Of a DNA stretch of 64,000 nt, positions 58,982 through 64,000 are shown piece after piece. The stretch is from contig JBBDRA010000002.1 in NCBI GenBank assembly GCA_040905715.1, positions 3,746 to 67,745 of the forward strand, given 5' to 3'. A model generated the notes under the pieces. It had not been told where the DNA came from and did not search any database. It saw only the letters and a program-made list of their open reading frames with translations. This DNA is from Minisyncoccota bacterium. Lineage in GTDB: Bacteria; Patescibacteriota; Minisyncoccia; Phycocordibacterales; CSBR16-193. The position numbers were made by a program, and so were the translations under genes. How positions within the stretch are numbered: the first letter of the stretch is position 1; each line of letters begins with the position of its first letter.

Positions 58982-60526
58982 CTAGGAAAGTCGATCTGCC
59001 AACGACGACATACCGAGCTTGAGTTGACCGCGGCTATATAAGTAAATACACCACACACCAAAAAGCAGGTAGACACCGATCGGTATCCAGATCGATATCG
59101 GCGGCACGGTAACATGAGAGAGTGGCAGCGCGTTGAACGTTTCCACGACAAACAATACGTAGCTAAGAAAAACATACGCGAGACCGGCAACCGGCAGCGC
59201 GAGCACAGGTGAAACCATTCCAGCCAACCCGGCAAGAAAACTAAACAGCATTGCTCCGGCGACTGCCGGAAGCGCCAATAAGTTCACGGGTATAGAAACA
59301 AACGAAAGGGAGCCGGTCATATAAATAAGGAGCGGCCACACCCCGAACTGCGTAGCGATAGTCGCTGTCGCGATCTCCCGCAAGCCCAGCGTCTGTGGAA
59401 CAAACCACAGCCACCGCTCGACAACCGAACCCAACAAGACCAGTCCAAGTGTTGCCAGTGCAGAAAGTTGAAAGGAAGGATCGTGAAGAAGTATCATCGG
59501 ATTGATAAACACCATCACCATTGCCGCGAGCACAAGCGCCCGAAGTGCATGCGAGTGATGTCCGGAGAGATGAGCCACAACAACCAGCGCCGCCATGATC
59601 GACGCACGCACTACCGTTGCTCCCCCGCCGACCATAATGGCAAATAAAATAATACCGCAGACACCGGCGAGTGATCGCCATCGTAAACCCACCCGCGCAT
59701 GTTTAAGAAATGAAATAAGCGCGACCGCGATCAGTGTTACATGAAATCCTGAAAGCACTACTATGTGTACCAGTCCGGTGTCGCGGAACAACTGCTCCAC
59801 CTCATCGTTTAGTGTGTCACGAGCGCCCACCAACATACTGTTGGCAAGCGATGCGTGCGGATCAGGAAGTACACGTGTAACACCGCTCATGAACGTATGC
59901 TTTATAAAAAGAAGAGAGGCGACAACAACATTTTTTTCATCTGAACCAATACGCTCGATCCGCGGAAAATACATCACGTGGAAGATACTGTCTTTTGCAA
60001 GAAACGTATCGTACTTAAATACCCGACCGGTATCTGTCTCGAACGGTTCGGGTGCTCGAAGCTCTCCGATTATCTTAAGGCGATCACCGTACGAATACGT
60101 TGAGTGAGACTGTGCGGAAACGCGTACCCGAGTCCCGGCCGGAACTTTCTTTATTTGGCCATCTTCTTGATGTAGTTGATCGATCGAAACTATGAGCGTC
60201 GAACTATTTCCACCTGCCACCACCTCTTCGTCCACCACGCCTGAGAGTACAACCTCATCACCAACCCACCTGTCGAGTTCTGACTCTTGGGACCACACGC
60301 TCATGAGTGTATACCGACCGACACCGATCGAGACGCACACAAGCAAAACGGCAACAACTAAAATTGCGGCACCCTCTGCACGCACAACCGTTCTTCGGTA
60401 AACCAGAACACCAAACGCGATCACCAAAAGTGCTCCGGCAAAATACCACGCAAACCCGGCCAGCGTCGCTACGGTAACACCGGTCAAAAATCCAACACAG
60501 CTTCCGTAAAACAAATACGCATTCAT
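58982..60526 (-). CDS. comEC: ComEC/Rec2 membrane part (DUF4131 OB + Competence domain)
   Basis: GLVHIVVLSGFHV, ATVVRASIM, DPSFQLSALAT. Confidence 0.92.
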   Translation of the reverse strand: MNAYLFYGSCVGFLTGVTVATLAGFAWYFAGALLVIAFGVLVYRRTVVRAEGAAILVVAVLLVCVSIGVGRYTLMSVWSQESELDRWVGDEVVLSGVVDEEVVAGGNSSTLIVSIDQLHQEDGQIKKVPAGTRVRVSAQSHSTYSYGDRLKIIGELRAPEPFETDTGRVFKYDTFLAKDSIFHVMYFPRIERIGSDEKNVVVASLLFIKHTFMSGVTRVLPDPHASLANSMLVGARDTLNDEVEQLFRDTGLVHIVVLSGFHVTLIAVALISFLKHARVGLRWRSLAGVCGIILFAIMVGGGATVVRASIMAALVVVAHLSGHHSHALRALVLAAMVMVFINPMILLHDPSFQLSALATLGLVLLGSVVERWLWFVPQTLGLREIATATIATQFGVWPLLIYMTGSLSFVSIPVNLLALPAVAGAMLFSFLAGLAGMVSPVLALPVAGLAYVFLSYVLFVVETFNALPLSHVTVPPISIWIPIGVYLLFGVWCIYLYSRGQLKLGMSSLADRLS

Positions 60527-60567
60527 AAAATAAAAAACGCCGACAGGCGCTTAGTTCAATACTACCT

Positions 60568-61419
60568 TCATTTACCCGCCACTGATTTAAATTCAGTAAT
60601 GATCTCTCTTTCATTTTCTGCCGAGACCGCCTTACGGAATTTTGCATTCTTTCCGTGCACGCGCTTTTTACATTCATCCCAACTCGAGTGTGTTTCTATC
60701 TCGCCATCCACCATTGAGACATATGAATATGTTTTCATGTTTTTTCGCGCGGAACCATTCTCAAAACCCTTGCCAGAACTCTTATCAAAACCCTTGTCAG
60801 AACTTTTACCTGCAAACATTTTTTTTCGCGCCAGCGCCTTTTCATCATGCGTAACATCAGTCAGGTCGATAGGGTACTCTTCGAGAGGGGCGGTAGCGAG
60901 CGATACTTTTTTATCATCAGCAAACTCAGTAGCTATCACGTCGGCTCGTTCATTTCCACCGATCCCGATGTGCCCGCCAACGTATTCCCACGTAACTTCG
61001 AAGTGCTCTGTGAGTCGAACAAGCTCGCGCCAGAGATCCTGATTCAAAACAGCTTTCTTGTTTTTTGTGCGCCAGTCATTTTTTTGCCATCCGGCAACCC
61101 AGCGCGTCACTCCGTTGATAAGATACTTAGAGTCAGTGCGTACCACTATTTTATATTCCGCATCGCGAAGCTTCGCACTCGACTCAATAAAACGCAGTCC
61201 TTCGATAGCCGCGGTCAATTCCATTCGGTTATTTGTTGTTTCCTCTTCACGTCCACCAAGTTCCGCTACGTGCGTATCATTGTGTTCGGCCGATCTGTCT
61301 GCGCCTGTCCGCGCCCGTCCGCGCGGGCGGGCAGGAAACATTACGATCGCACCCCATCCACCCGGACCGGGGTTCCCGCGCGATGATCCGTCGGTAAAAA
61401 TTATAATTTGTTGTTCCAT
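60568..61419 (-). CDS. rnhA: Ribonuclease HI with C-terminal hybrid-binding (viroplasmin-like) domain
   Basis: FTDGSSRGNPGPGGWG, TTNNRMEL, DSKY, GNERAD. C-terminal SWDECKKRVHG…FRK. Confidence 0.93.
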   Translation of the reverse strand: MEQQIIIFTDGSSRGNPGPGGWGAIVMFPARPRGRARTGADRSAEHNDTHVAELGGREEETTNNRMELTAAIEGLRFIESSAKLRDAEYKIVVRTDSKYLINGVTRWVAGWQKNDWRTKNKKAVLNQDLWRELVRLTEHFEVTWEYVGGHIGIGGNERADVIATEFADDKKVSLATAPLEEYPIDLTDVTHDEKALARKKMFAGKSSDKGFDKSSGKGFENGSARKNMKTYSYVSMVDGEIETHSSWDECKKRVHGKNAKFRKAVSAENEREIITEFKSVAGK

Positions 61420-61423
61420 ATAA

Positions 61424-63139
61424 TTATTGTATATCAACTATGCGAAGACGTAGTTCGGGTCGACCGCGGAAATACGATCGCTCCATCGATGCGATAAGTG
61501 TGACCGGTTGATCCTTACGAATGTTCGCTGAGTAATCGTCAGCCGAAGCGAAGAATCCGATAGCCTTCACTTCTCGTCCGGTCGACGTGTGGAACACCAG
61601 CTCAAGATGATTGTTCTGCTTACCAAACGAGCGGACCCGTCGAATAATAATGTTCGGAAATCGAAATGTCGGCTTGGCATTACCAACCCCGAACGGCGCG
61701 AGCTGACTTAGTTCACTGTAGACCTCATCGGTGACATCATCAAGCGTCAGGTCGGTATCGATCAGTTCAGTCGCCGGATTCAACTCCTCCTCGCCAACTG
61801 CCTTCGCTGCGTCGATAAGCGCATCTTCGAGCATATGGATCTTCTCGTGAGAGACCGCGAACCCGCCTGCCTGCTGATGACCGCCGTAGGCGTCGAGTAC
61901 ACTACGCGCTTTCTCCATCACCTTGACCAGATCGACACGGCCGTTTGAACGAGCCGAACCTTTGAGCGCTTCGCGTCCGTCCCGTCCCCACAAAAACACC
62001 GGACGGTCATATTCCTCGGCGAGCGCGTTTGCCGCAAGTCCTAAGAGTGACGGCTTCCACTCCGGATCACCCGCCACGATAACCTCCTTCGCTCCGTTGC
62101 TGTTGTTCTTTTTTAGTTTCTGTTTGATCGCCTTGGCCATCGAGGCGACCACGCCTTTGCGCTCGTCATTGATCTCGTTGAGATGTTTGACCGCACTGTC
62201 GGCAACACTCTGATCCCGTGTCGAGAGAAACGTAAACGCATCCATCGGCACACCCATTCGCGAGGCGGCATTGATCCGCGGGGAGATCATAAAACCGATA
62301 TCGTCTTCGCTTAAGTGTTGCTGATTCATTTTCAAAACGCGGATCATTTTTTGCAGACCCGGACGACGTGATCGCTGCAGCACCTTCAGACCATAGCTGG
62401 CAAAGACACGATTCTCACCGACGAGCGGCACCATGTCCGAGAGCGTCGCTAGTCCGACCATGTCCAGATACCACTTCTCTCTTCCTTCGGTCACACCAAA
62501 GTTTCGTGTTGCGAGTACACCCTGCACCAACTTAAAAATAACGCCGGATCCGCAAAGTTCTTTGAATGGATAGTTACACTTTTTTTGCTTTGGATCCAAC
62601 GTCGCGACCGTGTCCGGCTCTTTTCCATTCGGCTCGTGGTGATCAGTAATGATCACATCGATTCCGTGCTCGCGCGCGCGAGCAACTTCATCGACGTCAG
62701 CGATCCCGCAGTCGATCGTAATAAGAAGTTGCACACCGTCTTTCTCAAACTGATCGATCGCATCAAGATGCACCCCGAACCCCTCGTCATGTCGATGTGG
62801 AATATAATTTGTAAAATTCTCAAACCCGATCTCTTTGAAAAAGTCATGCAGTACGACCGCGCCGGGAATACCGTCTGCGTCGAAGTCGCTGTAGATCAGC
62901 ACCTTCTCATTGTTGTCTATCGCCTGAAGCACTCGCTCGACCGCCTCCTTCATCCCCAACATTAAGAATGGATCATGAATGTGCTCGTCGTAGTTCGGCT
63001 TCAGGAACCGCTCGGCATCCTCGGGTGTCGTGATCCCGCGGCGTTGAAGCAAATGATTGATCAGCGGCGAGTGGTGGAGTGCAGCGGTAACGGTATCTTC
63101 GGACACTTCTTTTGCGTCATCAGCAGTGAGTTTGATCAT
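61424..63139 (-). CDS. recJ: Single-stranded-DNA exonuclease RecJ
   Basis: SDFDADG, TIDCG, TDHH, DMVPLVGENR, PRINAASR, GGHQQAGG, PFGVGN. Start inferred at MIKLTA. Confidence 0.95.
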   Translation of the reverse strand: MIKLTADDAKEVSEDTVTAALHHSPLINHLLQRRGITTPEDAERFLKPNYDEHIHDPFLMLGMKEAVERVLQAIDNNEKVLIYSDFDADGIPGAVVLHDFFKEIGFENFTNYIPHRHDEGFGVHLDAIDQFEKDGVQLLITIDCGIADVDEVARAREHGIDVIITDHHEPNGKEPDTVATLDPKQKKCNYPFKELCGSGVIFKLVQGVLATRNFGVTEGREKWYLDMVGLATLSDMVPLVGENRVFASYGLKVLQRSRRPGLQKMIRVLKMNQQHLSEDDIGFMISPRINAASRMGVPMDAFTFLSTRDQSVADSAVKHLNEINDERKGVVASMAKAIKQKLKKNNSNGAKEVIVAGDPEWKPSLLGLAANALAEEYDRPVFLWGRDGREALKGSARSNGRVDLVKVMEKARSVLDAYGGHQQAGGFAVSHEKIHMLEDALIDAAKAVGEEELNPATELIDTDLTLDDVTDEVYSELSQLAPFGVGNAKPTFRFPNIIIRRVRSFGKQNNHLELVFHTSTGREVKAIGFFASADDYSANIRKDQPVTLIASMERSYFRGRPELRLRIVDIQ

Positions 63140-63166
63140 TGCCGGTATGATATCATGAAGCCATCT

Positions 63167-63562
63167 ATGACAAACGACAAACAAACAAATTGTACTTTCT
63201 GTAAAATTGTTGCCGGTGACGTGCCGGCTGAAAAGATTTATGAAGACGAGCATTTTCTCGCCTTTCTTGATATCAACCCGCAGGCGCCGGGGCACGCGCA
63301 GGTGATACCAAAAGAACACTACCGCTGGGTCTGGGACCTGCCCGCCGAAAAAGACACGCTCGAAAATGCGGGAGATTATTTTCGTGTAGCACAGAAGATC
63401 GCCAAAGCACAACAGAAAGCTTTCAGCACAGAATGGATCCTTTCAAAAATTGTCGGCGACGAAGTTCCCCACGCCCACATCTGGGTCTTCCCCGGTGACG
63501 CAAAAGGAGGCAAGCAAGACATCGCGGAGAACGCCGAGAAGATCCGCCAAGCACTCGAATGA
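63167..63562 (+). CDS. HIT family nucleotide-binding protein
   Basis: CTFCKIV, AFLDINP, GHAQVIPKEH, VPHAHIW (HxHxW variant of HxHxH). Confidence 0.9.
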   Translation: MTNDKQTNCTFCKIVAGDVPAEKIYEDEHFLAFLDINPQAPGHAQVIPKEHYRWVWDLPAEKDTLENAGDYFRVAQKIAKAQQKAFSTEWILSKIVGDEVPHAHIWVFPGDAKGGKQDIAENAEKIRQALE

Positions 63563-63597
63563 TACGAATCGAACCTCCGCTACCAAAGATCTAAGTG

Positions 63598-63641
63598 AAC
63601 ACCTCACACCTATTTAGTTAACTAAATAGGTGTGAGGTGTT
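63598..63641. repeat. 44-bp perfect palindrome
   Basis: AACACCTCACACCTATTTAGTT|AACTAAATAGGTGTGAGGTGTT. Confidence 0.75.
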
Positions 63642-63736
63642 TTAAAAAACCGCAGGTATTGCTACCGACGGTTTTGTGGTTTTGGTCTTCGTTCTCCTCA
63701 CTGAATGATCAAGCCCACCTAGCTCCTGCCACACGA

Positions 63737-63994
63737 CTACTCGCCGTCAATAAACTTGAGTCGGCGAGAGAGGTTCCTGATCCTGGAAAGAACTTCGTCG
63801 ATCTCTTTGATCATTTCCGCAAGCGGAGCAGCTTGGTCATGCTTCTTCTGTTTCACGAACTCGTCTTTTCGTTTGCCGATCTCGTTTCGCTTTTCTTCGA
63901 GACCTTTTATAAGTTCGGCGACCGAAGTGTTATCTGCCCAGCGAGCGAATGCTTCTACCGCTTCGTTTGTCGGTTGATCTGCCTGAGTCATCAC
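63737..63994 (-). CDS. Hypothetical coiled-coil protein (possibly truncated by window end)
   Basis: 85-aa helical ORF at the window edge. Confidence 0.5.
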   Translation of the reverse strand: MMTQADQPTNEAVEAFARWADNTSVAELIKGLEEKRNEIGKRKDEFVKQKKHDQAAPLAEMIKEIDEVLSRIRNLSRRLKFIDGE

Positions 63995-64000
63995 GCTACT

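Overview
Core-genome segment of a Patescibacteria/CPR bacterium, most likely Parcubacteria. This is inferred from the missing L30 gene in the spc block, AT-rich leaders without Shine-Dalgarno sites, a split ComEC and a DUF87/TraG-like ATPase; TGA is used as a stop, so the code is 11. The window holds recG, tRNA-Ile(UAU), ftsH, smpB-tmRNA, infC-rpmI-rplT, a probable 6S RNA, ndk, the str-S10-spc ribosomal superoperon (minus strand, rpsL to map), rpmB, sod, comEC, rnhA and recJ, plus several secreted or surface proteins. Five signals stand out. (1) A dispersed family of structured palindromic elements sits at r-protein stop codons and at the ends of tRNA-Ile; next to tmRNA a GIY-YIG nuclease lies between duplicated tmRNA 3' ends. 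(2) Two tandem giant paralogues look like polyproteins, with an internal second signal peptide (VF[S/A]-DH) and an identical C-terminal VDPRYEEF. (3) A UAU-anticodon tRNA-Ile co-occurs with an S12 lacking the conserved decoding-loop proline. (4) Internal r-protein promoters share a GNRA-hairpin/U-tract leader. (5) One secreted protein appears to be a catalytically dead metzincin-like homologue. All calls come from reading the sequence by eye; no database searches were run.
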